From Geosiphon pyriformis uo1 (lineage: Eukaryota; Fungi; Glomeromycota), in NCBI GenBank assembly GCA_016748015.1, contig JAAOMT010000419.1, positions 65,562-114,658 of the forward strand: 49,097 nucleotides of DNA, in the 5' to 3' direction. Shown here one piece after another: positions 11,400 to 25,623 of this stretch (positions within the stretch are counted from its first letter, which is position 1; the number at the start of each line of letters is the position of its first letter). Made by a program: the position numbers and the translations under genes. The notes below the pieces were generated by a model. It ran no database searches and was not told the origin of the DNA. It was given only the letters and a program-made list of their open reading frames with translations.

Positions 11400-14300
11400 A
11401 TAATCAGCTATTCAGACCAGTCAAAGCTACACTACAAATCAGTTATTATTACTACATTACTTTTCAAATTTAAAAAAAATAAGTATTTAGATTATATACC
11501 AAAATACACCTCTTTATTTTTTCTACATTAAGCAACATAATTATTCTATTACTTAATTTGTCTATACTGCTAAAATCATAAGAAATCACACTATCATTGA
11601 CAATTATTATGTTTTTTTTATTCATATCAACTCTGTTTTCAGATTTGCTATACTATATTTTAGATCTGTAAGCCAATATTAAGTTTCTTACAAATATTAC
11701 TATCTACAAATTTATTAGTTCAGAATTGTCAAACACAGTCAGAATTTTACTGTACTAACTTTTAAACACAAAGCTTTTTACCAGAATAAAATACAAGTCA
11801 ATATTTTGCACACAAAAAAAAAATTCTAGAAAATCACAGAAAAAAAACAACAATATTTGATAATAAAACTCAAAGTGTTCTAAACTTAAAAAAAATTCTA
11901 TTATGAGCAATATTATTATAAGAGCATTTAAATATATAATCAGAAATCTTGATTTTATTACAAAGTAAGTATTTTATATTTGAATAGAACATGCTGTACA
12001 AATATTTTTTCACAATTATTAATAAACACTTATATAGAGCTTTTATAAAATAAGTTCATAAAATATTTAATATATGGCTTGTAAAGTCATAAGCCATATG
12101 TTTATTAAGATACTAAACTTTCTAAGACTTTTTCCAATTCATTATATTGATATTACTAATACTTTCAATTATTGAACCAGATTCATTTTTTTATCTAATA
12201 TAATACAAAGTTCTATAGAAATCTCTAACATAGTAATAAATATTATAAAACAAAACTGTATTATCTATATATATAAAAAATTTATAGACCACAGTTGAAA
12301 AAACAGAATTAAAAAAACATGCATTAAAGATGAGCACATTAGTCCATTTATTTTCTACAATATTAGTATGGTCTTTAATTTTAATTCAAAATATTGAAAG
12401 TGATCTATTTTTAATAATATTTATTATTTATTGTCATTTTATCTATAAGCATTTTTTAAAATCAGATAGAATTAATTTCAATTCATTAATGCAAGTATTA
12501 ATGGCAGCTTAGCTGTTTAAATTAATAATAATATTGCTTTTAATAAAAACACAAATAAGTGCAAAAAAAATAGCCTTAAGTTTTAAAAAAATTGATAACA
12601 TAATATTATAAATCCTAATTTTAATACCAAAACTAACATCCAAAAAAAAAACAACAGTTTCTTTAGCACCTAAAGTTAAACCAAAATACTTTATGAACAC
12701 ATCTGTATAGACATTAAACAAACTTAAACCAAACTCTAACAAAATGTTTTTAGCATAACCAATTAAATTATTTACTATAGAATCAAGAAAGTGTTTATTG
12801 AACAGTCAAAACAAGATGCTGGCTGTAGCCAATTTGTTGTTCAGAAATCAGGTGGCTAAGCTAAATCATATAAAAACAAAACTTCATAGATCTAAATGCT
12901 TCTAATATCTAAAACATTTTCAATTAAAACAATGTTTTTTTTTGTTTAGTAATTGTTCTACAAAAACAATACTAAAGTATTTTAAAAAATAAACCATTCT
13001 AAAAAATTTTTTACTTCCAAGAATTTCAGATATTAATATTCTACTAAAGAATTAAAAGACACTTGGCAGAGTATTAGAAAAAGATAAGCCATAAAATAAG
13101 AAATTTTTCACAATTCCAGCTAAAAAATTATTTATAAAACTAACATTTAATCTAACAGAATGGCATAATAAATACACTAGCAGCCAGCTGGTAATTTGTA
13201 AATTCAAACACCAATAGATAAAAAGTCAGTTCAAGACATCAAATAAATTTGCAAAACTTAAAACAGTTGATAATTTACCTTTAGTTTGTACTTGGTTAAA
13301 AGTTTTTGTTATAAAGAGATAAGTACAATAATACATTTATAAAAAAATTATGTAAAAGATCTGCTTTGAGTTTTGAGTTTTTTTTAATCATAGTATTCTA
13401 CTTAGTACAAATACTTTTAGGAATATAACTAAATTATATTTTGTAACTAATAATAGATTATAGAACTAAAAAGACCAAATAACAAAATTATTTATTAAAA
13501 ATAGCTTTGCACAAAACTATATTTAAAAAAAATTGAATATTTAATTGAGCTTTAACTAAACTAAGCTTTAATAGCTTATTTGTTAACAAAAATATATCTA
13601 AGTACTAACAAGATTTATTTTTCTTAATTATTATAATTAGTAAGCTATTGACAAGCAAAAAAAATTTTTTAACTCTCTAATTAATAAGAATAGCAATATT
13701 TTTATTATTGTTTATAGAAATGTCATTAATTGTAAAGAATTTACTAGCTTTGTCCAAAATATATTGTGTTACTGCTTAACTGTTATCAACTCAAATTATG
13801 TTATTTACAAAAATTTCAGCAGCAAAATAAGTAGTTATTCCAGCTTGAGCTTTTACTTTACCAAATTTCACCACAAATCTCGAGTCAATTCTATATTTGC
13901 ATAAATAATCAAGCCTCTTAATTTTGCATAAAAAAAGATCATAAAAAATTTTTCAAAGGAATGGAAAGAAAACTTTATCTTGATCAAGTCTATTTAATAC
14001 TTTATAACTATTTAAAAAACCAAAGTTTGTTATTACTCTGTTGGTTCTATTTAAATGAATATTTCTAAAAAACTTAATAAATTTGGCATACATTTTAATT
14101 TGTTTTAAACTAGTTTCTAAGTAAAGCCATCCAACTAAATTATATACCTTGCACATATTCTAAAGAACCAACCAAAGCTCTTGGTTTTTTTCTAAAATGT
14201 TTTTGACAATTAAACTAATGGCAAAAATAGGAAATTGAATTGTAATATTTCAAAACCAAAAAATTGTCATCTTAGAGAATGTTAAATTTACTACAAACTG

Positions 14301-14594
14301 ATAAAATACAATTTAATAAAATTTTAGGCAAAATTTTTCTTACTGTTTTGATCAAAGCAATAAGTTGTGTGTTTATAAGTATTCTATTCTATTTATAAGG
14401 TTTAGAGATTATTAAAACCCAAGTATTTTTCTAAAAAGCTGGAATATCATCACAAATCAAACAAGAGTTCAATAAATCTAAAGACATCCTAATACTAAGT
14501 TATCATAATATTTCCAAAGTTTATTTAAAATTTCTGAAAGATTGACAGCTTTGTTATCAGGCAAATTTTTGATCTCTAAAACCAGATTATTTAT
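11400..14594 (-). mobile_element. Degenerate LINE copy 2, 3' half (RT, RNase H-like region)
   Basis: RT remnants at 13953-14156 (CKVYNLVGW, LDQDKVFFPFL) and NLPDNKAVNLS near 14560. RNase H-like remnants NVYTDVFIK and LKAIFFAL at 12509-12742. Confidence 0.85.
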
Positions 14595-17500
14595 TGTTAC
14601 TTATAGAAATTAGGAATTATAATAAGTAGATAAAATAGCCAATTAGAAATAGACATAGTAAAAAGAAAAATTTCAGAATTTTTCTTAAGAAATTGTAGGA
14701 TTTCAAAATCTCAGAAATCCAAGATTTTTTTCAAAAAATTGCAGAATTGCAGAATTCCAGAATTTTTTTTAAAGTAATTGAAAAATTTCAAAAAATCTCG
14801 TATAATATAAATTATGTATATATAATAAAAGTATTAAAAACAGAAAAAGTATTTAATAAAGTTCAAATTAATTTAAAATAACAATACTTTTTTCTTTAAA
14901 AAATAGTTTTCTGTAACTTGAAGTAAAATTATTTTTATATCAATAAAATTATCTATTATCATCCAATCTATATTATTATTAGTTAATTAAAGAAATATTA
15001 ATTACTTTTATACTATCAATACTTTATATTGATAGAATTTAATACTTAATTATACTAAATCAATAGCTTTTAATCATGGCTATTAATGGAATACTAATTT
15101 CTTTTTTTTTTTCTTATTTTTTTTTTTTTTTATGTTCTTTGGTTTCGTTTTTTTGTTGTTTACTAATTAATTAAAAAAATTAAACACTGAGTATTTAACA
15201 TCAAAAATAGTTTTGTAAATGATCTGAGAAAAAAGATAAAAAACTTAAGAATAGTTTACCAAAAAGACATAACTGTCAAAATAAAATAACTATTATGCTG
15301 AAGAAAAAAATTCACAGAAAAAACTATCAATTGAATTTCTGTTTATTATACAAAGAATTCAACCAAAATCTTCAAACTCCAAAACCTTTAGACTTTAAAA
15401 TCTTTAAAAATTACCAATATTTCCAGCTATTGAGCACTAAGTTATGAATTTGTTATTTGTTCTAATACTTCAAATAATTATTTGTAATATTTAGTGCTCT
15501 TTGTAAGATATATTTTAACAAAAAACAAGCACTAATATTAATTATTTAGAAAAGTAGCAGACCAAAAAATTATAAAAGAAAATTATTTAAGATTTGTGAT
15601 CTTCTTATTTTAATACTAAGAAACTTATTTTAGATTGACAAATAACTATTGGCCAGCAGAATTAACTTTTAATTTCTATGTTAACAAAAAAATTAAATTC
15701 TACTTAGAAAACCAAAAAGATTTAAAAACTGTTCTCAAAAATTTCTACAGTAAATTACTTTAAAGCATTATACTTTCACAAAATTATTTGTTTGTTTTAC
15801 TAATTACAGAAATAAGTCGAAAATTGAGAATTACACTCAGCAAAGATTTTTTATTATTTTTGGAGACAAAAAAATTACAAACTTTAGCAGAAACACCAAA
15901 AAAAATATAACTGCCTACTTGAAAAAAACTAAGAGTTATTTTATTTATTCATTTATTATACTATTATACATTAGGAAGTATTATACACATATTATGCAGA
16001 TCTATATTAACATCAATAGTTAAAACATTATTATTCAGAGTACTATTTCAAAAAAATCAAGAAAAAGCCAAATTATTAAAAACTTATGACAATTTTTTTA
16101 AAAAATTTAAATTGTGACCAATAATACTATTAAAATTTTAATTATTATTATCTCAACCAAATTTCGAATCTACCAGTCATTGAAAAAACACTGAATCAGA
16201 AGAAAAAAAAAATAGTAATCAAAGAAATAATAACCAAAATCTGATTTTTAAATAATCCAGAAATTATAATTTTGATTGTTTAAATCCAGCCAAATCTGAA
16301 CAATCCAAATTCAGCTTCTATTTTTTCAGAAAATTTATCTTTAATTATCTCAATTAATTCACCACTAATAATAGCAATTGCTGCTCAACAATAATTACAA
16401 CAACAATTATTACTTATATAAATAGCATATATATTAATTACCAAATTAAAAAAATTTACAAACAAAGAAGACAATGCCCAAGCATAGCTAAATAATATGA
16501 CAAAAGCTATTGCAACCAACAGATAAAATAACTCCAAAACATTTTAAGTTATCTTATATTTTTTTTAGAATATTGTTGACTTGTAATATTAGAATTTTGT
16601 AAATAAATCTCAAAATTTTAATGCATTTAAAACTGTGTTTTTACAATATTTTAGTAATTATAATAGCATTAATTATCTGTTAACTAATTTTAATACAATC
16701 AAGCAAGATGATAATAAAGCAGTTATTACTTACTTGGAATGTTTTTATAAAAATCTGCATCAAATTCAAGCAATTAATGCTGACTATTTTATAGCAACAC
16801 AGATTTTGAATTAGTTTATTCATAGATTATACAGTAGTTTATTACAACAAGTACATTTATTGTATCCAAATACTCTTTAGAATACAGTCATATACACCAA
16901 AGATTTTAAATCAGCCAAACTTAAAGCCAACTATGTTCAAGTTATAAATCTAATAGTAAATAAATTATTTGAATTAGATATTAAATTGAAGCAATTTGGT
17001 AAAACTATTAATCAAAAAATTGAAAGATATTTATCTAATAATTAAATCATTTATCAGTCTTTATAATATTATAACAATTAAAAAAATTCTAATTGTTTTC
17101 AAAATCAATTATATTTATTATCAACAAATTAACAGTGACAATAAAAAATATATAATTGCTACTACTGTAGTAAACGAGACCAATTAAAAGCAGATTGTTG
17201 TGTTAGATCAAATAATCTACAATTGAGAAACCAATATAAAAACTCTGATTGCAGGTTTTAAACTCTAAATTATATTCAAAATCAAGAACAATATTAATAT
17301 TAGTTTTATTATACACCAATGACACAACAATCAATATATTTATATTTAGTCTATTAGACTTCAACACCAATAATTTATTAAATATTTCAGTCCTAAGTGA
17401 TTTATTAATTCTAATTTATGTAAATACTATTACAAAACTTAGCCTTAATATCAACTGGAAATCAAAGACTGAGAATTATATATACATAACAGAATTGGAA

Positions 17501-18715
17501 ATTGACAAGTATTATATATCAACTAATTTTCAGTTCTTTAAATTAGGCATTAGGATTGTACTTAAAAAATTTGGAAAATGAATATGCCCAAAACCTGAAT
17601 TCCCAAAACTATTTAAAACTCTTAGTTATAATAAAAAACAACTTATTTAATAATTCATCACCAACTACTTACCAACAACATTCTATCAGCAACTATTACA
17701 AAAAACAAATTACTAGCCACTATTTTCCTATTTAAATTAAAAGACCAATTAGAAATCTTATTATTTAATAAAACTGTTTTTAACACTAAACTAATTACTG
17801 TTATATATATTGATGTCAAAGTCAATGGCCAATCTAATAAGCTAATTTTTGATAATAAATTAGCAAATAATATTATCACATAACAACTCATAGACCAATT
17901 AGATCACTGAGTTAATTAAACTATTAATGTTAGAATCATTACAGCTGATAGAGCAACAAAAATTTTTATTGGTAAAATTATTTCTCTTTTAAAATTAATG
18001 GCATTATTGCATAAATCAAAGTTTTAGTCATAGAAGTCACACAATACCAAGCTTTCATTAATAACAACTGGCTGTTTAAAACCAATGCTGTACTTAATTA
18101 GATCATATAAGAGCTATAGTTCAGTTAAGATAATCAGCATATTTAGGTATTAGCCATTTGCAGCCACTTCAAAACAACCCAATTAAAACCATTAATCAAA
18201 TTTGAAAAAAAACAAACAAACTTACCTAGAAAGTCTATCAAGTCTTATAAGTTAATAATAATTATAACAAGTTACTATTAATCTTTTTTTAAAACAAAAA
18301 AAAAAAAAAAAAAAGACAAACCACAAACCACAAACTACCACAACCACAAAAAAATCAGTCAGCAGCTGGTATGTACTCTACTTATTAGAACCAAAAAAAA
18401 ACTGCCCTATATTTAATTAGATATATTAACTATAAGAAAAAGTTTTTATTTATAAAATCTTAAATTTTACTAGAAGATAACTATTGAATACATATTTGCT
18501 ACCATTACAAATTATGTTACAAAAAATGCTTTAGATATCTAAAAAGACAAGAAAAGTAAAACAATAAACTATGTTTTGCTTGTAAAAAAATTTTACTTGA
18601 CAAAAGAATGTAGAATAACATTTCTGAGTAAAAAAGAATATATAAAATATTGTGCCAATACACAATTCTTATTAGCAATTATATAAGCAGAAAAATGCTT
18701 TTTAACACTTTATAA
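14595..18715 (+). mobile_element. Degenerate Gypsy-like LTR retrotransposon: 5' LTR 14595-15489, decayed PBS 15492-15501, gag, zinc knuckle, aspartic protease; 3'-truncated
   Basis: TGTTAC...GTAATA termini, then TT-TAGTGCTCTT. gag remnant KFTNKEDNAQA*LNNMTKAI (~16450); CYYCSKRDQLKADC (17157-17198); retropepsin remnant IYIDVKVNGQSNKLIFDNKLANNII...RIITAD (~17800-17990). Confidence 0.85.
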
Positions 18716-21200
18716 AACAAAGTTTTCTTATGATTAACACTGTATCTTATCCTATTTTTGTTGAAATTTTTATCTAGCATTATGTAAAAACTTGAATTAA
18801 CAATCTTGCAAATATAAAAGTTTATTTTATGTGCTTAACTAAATTTTATACTAGCTGAAATGCTAGCATATAGGCCTAAAATTGTTACTGAAACTTTATT
18901 GGCAAAAAGGAAATAGATAGAAATAAGATGACCAAAAATTTCAGAAATATTGCACACATGTTTTGTAAGATTATCATTTATTATTATCATTACTTTTGAA
19001 CTTAGATAATTTATATTCAATTTAAAAACAAAAACTTTTAAACCCAAAAATCTGTTTTTGATCTATAGTTTAGTTTGTTTTTTAAGTTTTATTTTTGTAA
19101 TAATAGAAACTAAATTGTCTAAATTCTTATATCACTTAATGATATTATTCTGTTTAGCATATTTTTTATTCTTTTTATATTACAAATTATAAACTTTTAA
19201 ACAAAACTGATTATTAATATAAAAAAAGTGTTTTAGAATTCAAGCTAGCATACAACTAATCTAATTTATTTAAAACTAAATTAACAAATATTTTAAGAGT
19301 AACTATCTTAAATTCCAGACTTTCAACTTTGGTAGTTAATATTTTAGAACTGCTCAAATTCAAAACTAAAATTCCAGTTATTATTAAAAGAGAAGAAAAA
19401 AATAAAATTTGCAATTTATTTAATACTATATTAGAGTTCATGAAAAGAGATATTAATAAAAAAAGATTTGTAGCCAGATTTAAAATCAAATTTGAATTTA
19501 AAACTGAAAAATTTATTAAAATAAAAGAAATAAAAATAAGCACAAAAAGTACCAAATCTATTCTATTTAGCTTTTATATAATTATTAATATCTAATTTGC
19601 TAACAGTTTTAAAAAGCATTTTAAAAAAGCCAGCCAATTATTAAAAAAAGACATGTTTTAAGAAATAAAGAGAATACTGCCAAGATAAAAACTGCTAAAA
19701 AAAGAAAATTTGAAAAAAAAACCAGAATAAATACTAATAGAACCAACTTTTAAAGAGACTATTTGTGTCCAGAATTTGCTATTAAAAACAACAAAACAGG
19801 TAATAGAAACATTTTTTTTCATATAAATAGATTAGTTAAAAGCAATTCTTATCTGACACAATTTTTTAATAAATTTTTTTTGAAATAAAGACTAATGGAT
19901 CTAAAAAATCATATTTAAAAAATAAGTAACTAAACTGTTCATACTTCTAATAATAAACCAGATCTATTCTAATCCAAAAAAACTTAATACTACTCAAAAT
20001 AAGCTCTGTATAAAAAACTAATTTCAACTCTTCTTTTAATTTAAAGCCAATTACTGCATAGTAAATTCTATTGCCAATTTCAAATAAATAGTTAATGATG
20101 CAAGTTTTTCTACCAGTTTTTTTTAACAGATTACCAAGATCATAAGCAATTGTTTTATGAAAAAGATAAACAAAAACACCTTGAATTAGTCTTTAAACAT
20201 CTAAATATTACAATATTTCACAGTTTTTGTTACATATACTGAATTTTTTTCAATTAAAAATGATTATTTTGATATTGACAAATTAGCTTAACTTGATTTA
20301 AAAAATTTTACTATAGTTTTTTGCCACAGCTTAATTAGTTGTAAACAAATTAACACAATTTAACCAAACTTAGATATTGCAATAATGATTATTATTTTTG
20401 ACATATCCATAGAAATTTTTTTAATTATTACAGTCTAATTTGAGCATACTTTTTGTCTTTTAAGATTGTTGTTTACTTTAATTTTTTTTTCAGCTAATAA
20501 TACAGTCTTATTTATATTTTTTTTAAGACAAATATTAATTTGATAATCTCTTTAAATTTTGAGAAGATAGTAGCTCTCCCAAAACTATTAATTGTTAAAA
20601 AAAGTTTCTTGATTATTTAAGTTTTTGCTGTTATTAATTTTTTTTTCAAAAGCTAAAAAATCAATATTTAATGTAAAAAATTTTCTAATAACCACTTTAA
20701 CTTGGGTTTTTATTATTTTAGAATCAATCTACTTTTTTTTCAAAAGAGATATTGAAAAAAAAAAAAAAATTCTTTGTTTTTATCTATACTATAATCAATT
20801 AAGCCAATAAAAAAATTACAAACTAGACTAGTATTTACTTTTTTAGCTTTAGAAATATTTATTGCTAAACTAAAAAAAAGAACCACTATTATCAATACTT
20901 AAAAAAACATTATTATTTTCATTATTATCAAACTTACTGTCTATATTTAAAAATACACTACTATCAGAACCAGATTTAACTAAAAAGTTATTCTTTTTAT
21001 TATTAAAATGCTTGATATTACTAACAAATACTTTTTTTTTAGAAGAAAAAATCTTCAACAAGATTGTAAAAAACTTCTTTGAGTGCTATTTTTTTAAACA
21101 TAATACTATTAGATTCACTACAAAAAAATTATTTGCTTGAAAAATGGTTGCAAAAAAATAACAAAAAAAATTAAAAAACTTCTTTTTTAAAAATTTGCTC
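18716..21200 (-). mobile_element. Degenerate LINE 5' half (ORF1 + endonuclease start), probably the rest of copy 2
   Basis: 18835-19047 gives KHVCNISEIFGHLISIYFLFANKVSVTILGLYA, matching the copy-1 endonuclease. ORF1-like remnants extend to ~21100. Confidence 0.8.
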
Positions 21201-22719
21201 TTTAAAAAATTTGGAACATAAGAAAGAAAAAAGTTTATTTTTTTATTTTTTTTATTTTTGTAATATAAAATAATAAATTGCTTAAAAAATATAATAATAC
21301 TTATTATTATTTATAAAAATTACCAAAATAAAACATAAAATAATATTTTTTTAGATTTTTAAAAAAAGATTAAATAACTATAATTTTAAAACTAATTATA
21401 TATATTAAATTTTATTAATTCTTTTGATTTAATTTCTTTTTATTATTTTTAATAGTTATTTTATTTGTTATTTATTAACTTATTACTTAGATTTATAACA
21501 ATATTTTAATACTTAATAATAATAATATTATTTTTGTAAAATATATTAATAATTAGATTTAAAAATAAAATAATTATTTAGCATTTATAAAATTAAAAAA
21601 AAACAAAAATTTAAATTTAAAAATTTTTAACAAATAATTTTAAAATATATTTTAAGTAATTAGTATATATATAAAATATTTATATTTAATTAATAAATTT
21701 TAAAGCTAATATTAATTAATAAGTTAAAAAAAATACATAATAATAGTATTTTTATACAAAGTTTTAAAATTACATAAATTTTATTTAAAATAATATATGT
21801 TTAATTTAATGTTATTGTATATTATTTAAAATATTAAAATAAATAACTTATGTATTATTAATTTGTACTTTATAATAAATTGTTTTTTAATATATTTCTT
21901 ATTTATTTGTATTTTTATAAATTCCAGATTTAATTGTTTAGTCTTAAATAAATTTTTATTTTATATTTGCAATTTTATTTATAAGTCTTATTTTTTTATA
22001 TTTTATATTTTTGGTTGTAGTATTTTTGTATTTTTTGTTATATTTTTTTTTCTTATATCAACATAATTTTTATTTAGAACTTATTTTTAAATAAAAAACT
22101 GTTAATTTTTTCAAATTTCAAATTATTTTATTAGTATATTTATGGATTAAAATAATAATATTTCTATTATTAACATTAATATTTTTACTTTAATTAAAGA
22201 TTTATACATAATTTTTTTATTTAATACATTTTTTCGATAAAAATAATTTTTTTAATTATAAAACTAGCAAAATATTATTTTATTTTAAGTTTTTTATTGT
22301 TAATATAATTTATTTACTTTTATTTTTTATGATTTACATGCATATTTTAATTAGAAAATTTTTGAATTTCATGTTTTAAAATTTGTGTTTAAAAAGTTAA
22401 AATGTATAAAAAATTAGCAAAGATAATTATATTTATTATAACATGCATATTTTTGCTTTTTTTAAACATAAAATGTACTTTGTAATTACTGGTTAAGTGA
22501 AAAAAAATTAGATTAACATATAATTTTTGTGATTTATGCATCTTATATTGGCTTAATATTTTTATTAATCATTTTTTTATACTATTCTATATTAAAATCT
22601 AAAGTCAATATCAATAAATAGTAGAAGTCTTTTAATAATATAAAAAAAAGAAAAGATTTTTTAATAAAGTAAAACCGAGTGCTATCATAAAAAACTATGA
22701 ATGTAAAATTAAAGTATCA

Positions 22720-22725
<6 letters not shown>

Positions 22726-22760
<35 letters not shown>
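22726..22760. repeat. (AAT)n microsatellite
   Basis: Direct trinucleotide run. Confidence 0.9.
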
Positions 22761-22763
<3 letters not shown>

Positions 22764-24094
22764 GAAAATTAATAATATATGAAATAATTATATCAATAAA
22801 ATAATGTAATTTTTCTTTTGATAAAAGGTTTCAGGTAAAAATTTAAGCTATGTAATGGTACTGTGACAACAGTGTATATTTAGTTAAGGAATTATATTGT
22901 ATATTAAAAGAGTTAAGAATATGTTTTTACTACAGATAAAACTGATTATAGTGATGCTGGTTGTTGTGATAAATATTTAAAATCTTTTTACAGTAATAAA
23001 TTTCAATAATAATCCTGTTGATTGATATGCAATTGATTAATGTGAAGAAGTATTGTTTAAAAAAACTAAGAACATTATAACAAAAACAATTTTTTCCTTA
23101 AATAAAAAAAGTACAAGTGGAGCTTGTAATTTTGAAAAATGCAAAATAATTATAAAGGGTTTTAAATAATATTTTAATTACTGCTCAGTTGATAAACTAG
23201 CTTTATTTTCAGCCAAGACAATTGTACCCTTTTAACAAGTTACGCCCTCCAATAATTACAAAGACCATTTTAAATTATTTATTTTTCTTCTATTAAGCCA
23301 TGAATCCAAGTTGATCAAATAATTGTAGTACATTTCAGCAATTTTTTTTGAAATCGTTACTGTTTAAAGAGACTTTGAAAAGATGTGCAATGAAATTGTG
23401 ACTCTGATTCTTTGAGTTATTATTTTCAACCTGGTCATCTTGTTTTAACAGTCATATTTTCTGTTTTAAGTAAATCTTTTAATTTAGTCTGACATAAAAT
23501 ATAAAATTGATATTGATATGGACACCCATTTTTAGAAAGCAAATAAAAAACATCATCTTCTAAACGCTGCAGACTTTATCATATGAGTACTCTTTTAATA
23601 TGGAAAAGGAAACTAGTCAAAATAAATCCCATTTCGATATTTGTCATCTGAATATTCATTGGAGTTATATATGTAATATTTATTGACAAAATACGAGATT
23701 GTTAATACCTTTCTATGTTTAGAAAAGCGTAGATCATGTAAAGGCAAAAAAAAAATTCAAGCCGAACCAAATTGCTACATTTAGTCCGGTATCGTTCTTT
23801 TTCATCCTATCATAGCATTTTCCAACCTTGACAATTAGGCAATGATATGCGCGTCACAAAGAATCATCTTTCAAAGCCATCAAAAAGATGTTACTCCACT
23901 GAAACTAAGCACAAAGACCTCAAATAGGCCATGACAGTAACACTAAGTATTACTTCAATTGGAGAACCGTTCAAATAAACAACGAATTTTTAATTTTCAC
24001 TTTTTCCAATTCATTTTGCTTTATGCAATTCTCTTTTAGAAATTTTTATCTTGCGAATCCAAATTTATAAAATTCTCGCTTAAATAAACCTTTG

Positions 24095-25623
24095 ATGCAC
24101 CACGGATTTCTCACCAATTTATCCCGTGACTTGTCAAAGCTTTTAAATGATTCTGAAGATCATGATGTCATGATTCAAGTTGGTCAAGATAGCTATTCGA
24201 AAGTTTTTAAAGCTCATGCAAATTTATTGCGCGCTCGGTCCCCGTATTTTCGAGCAGCATTGAAAAAGGATTGGGCAATAAAAGAGAATGGAATGTTCAT
24301 GTTCAGTAAACCAAACATTTCCACCTTGGTCTTTGAGATTATTTTGAAGTAATATATTTTCATTTTTAATCATCATCATAGGCTATGCACACTTGACGTT
24401 TATTTATTTATTCATTTATTGGTTGATTCTTCTTGACACACAATTAATTATTTCATAGGTACATTTATTGCGGAGATATTGCATTAGAAGAGTATGACCC
24501 GAATGATATTTTGGAGCTTTTGGTGGCAGCTGACGAATTAATTCTTGAAGAATTAGTGGAACATGTACAACACCACCTTATTAACAACGAACCGCAATGG
24601 CTTTTGCAAAACTTTGTTCAAGTGATGCACGAGGTGTTTAGCCTACAGGCGTGTAAAACTTTTCAGGACCATTGTATCGATGCGATTTGCAGCGATCCAC
24701 AATCTTTTTTCTCTTCAGATGAGTTTACATCTGTAGAAAAAGACATTTTGCTCGCATTACTTCAACGAAATGACTTGGAAATGGAAGAAGTCGATCTTTG
24801 GAATCATGTGATTCGCTGGGGAGCCGCTCAAACACAAGATCTTGAGAATTGGTGTGGTCAATGGAATGAAGATGGGTTTTCGAAATTGCATGATATTTTA
24901 GAAGATTTTATACCATTATTACGATTCTTTGAGATGTCTCCAGCAGAATTCTATGATCATGTTCGACCCTACAAGCCTCTGCTCCCAAAGGAGTTATATG
25001 AAGATCTAGTGCGGTCACATTATAAGCCACAAATTCCCAGGAAATATCCTGTTTTGCCACCAAGGTCCCCACGCATTGATTCATGTATCATTCAAACCAA
25101 ACACATGACCCTAATTTCTCACTGGATTGATGGAGGCTCTGGAAAGCCATCAACCTACCATAAACCTCGTTATCAATTCAAGTTGCTTTACCGAGGTACA
25201 CGTGATAATTTTACCCCAAGAGCTTTTCGTAATAAATGTTCAAATCAAGGAGCCAATGTTGTGATTTTAAAGATTGAAGGAAGTGGTAAAATTATTGGTG
25301 GTTATAATCCCATCGGATGGTGTAATCGATCCGACTACGCTGACACCAAAAAAAGCTTCATATTTGCCATTGATGAAGTACTAAACAGTTCCAATAATCA
25401 GACAACGGAGGAATCGAAATTGAGTCGTATTTTGAGCAATATGTCCAGCGCGGCTATCTTTGATTTGGAAAGTTATGGTCCCAATTTCGGAAAAGGTGAT
25501 TTGGTTGTCTATGAAAATTGCAATACTGGTTCGTGCCGAAAATACTCTTATGAACATGAAATTCTCGATCCTGGTGATTTCATTGCCGAGGAATTTGAGG
25601 TTTTCAAGGTCATTGAGAAATAA
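24095..25623 (+). CDS. BTB/POZ-BACK-TLDc domain protein (~472 aa, 2 exons)
   Basis: Exons 24095-24348 and 24459-25623; the GTAATA..TTCATAG intron restores ILK|YIYCG. BTB: DVMIQVG..FKAHANLLRARSPYF, ELLVAADEL. BACK: EVDLWNHVIRW. TLDc: FKLLYRGTRDNF..IIGGYNPIGW..YGPNFG..EFEVFKV. Confidence 0.93.

Noticed and set aside
6400-22100. Short K/N/I/F-rich ORFs in the ORF track as genes
   Set aside because: They are chance frames or remnants within hypermutated transposon DNA.
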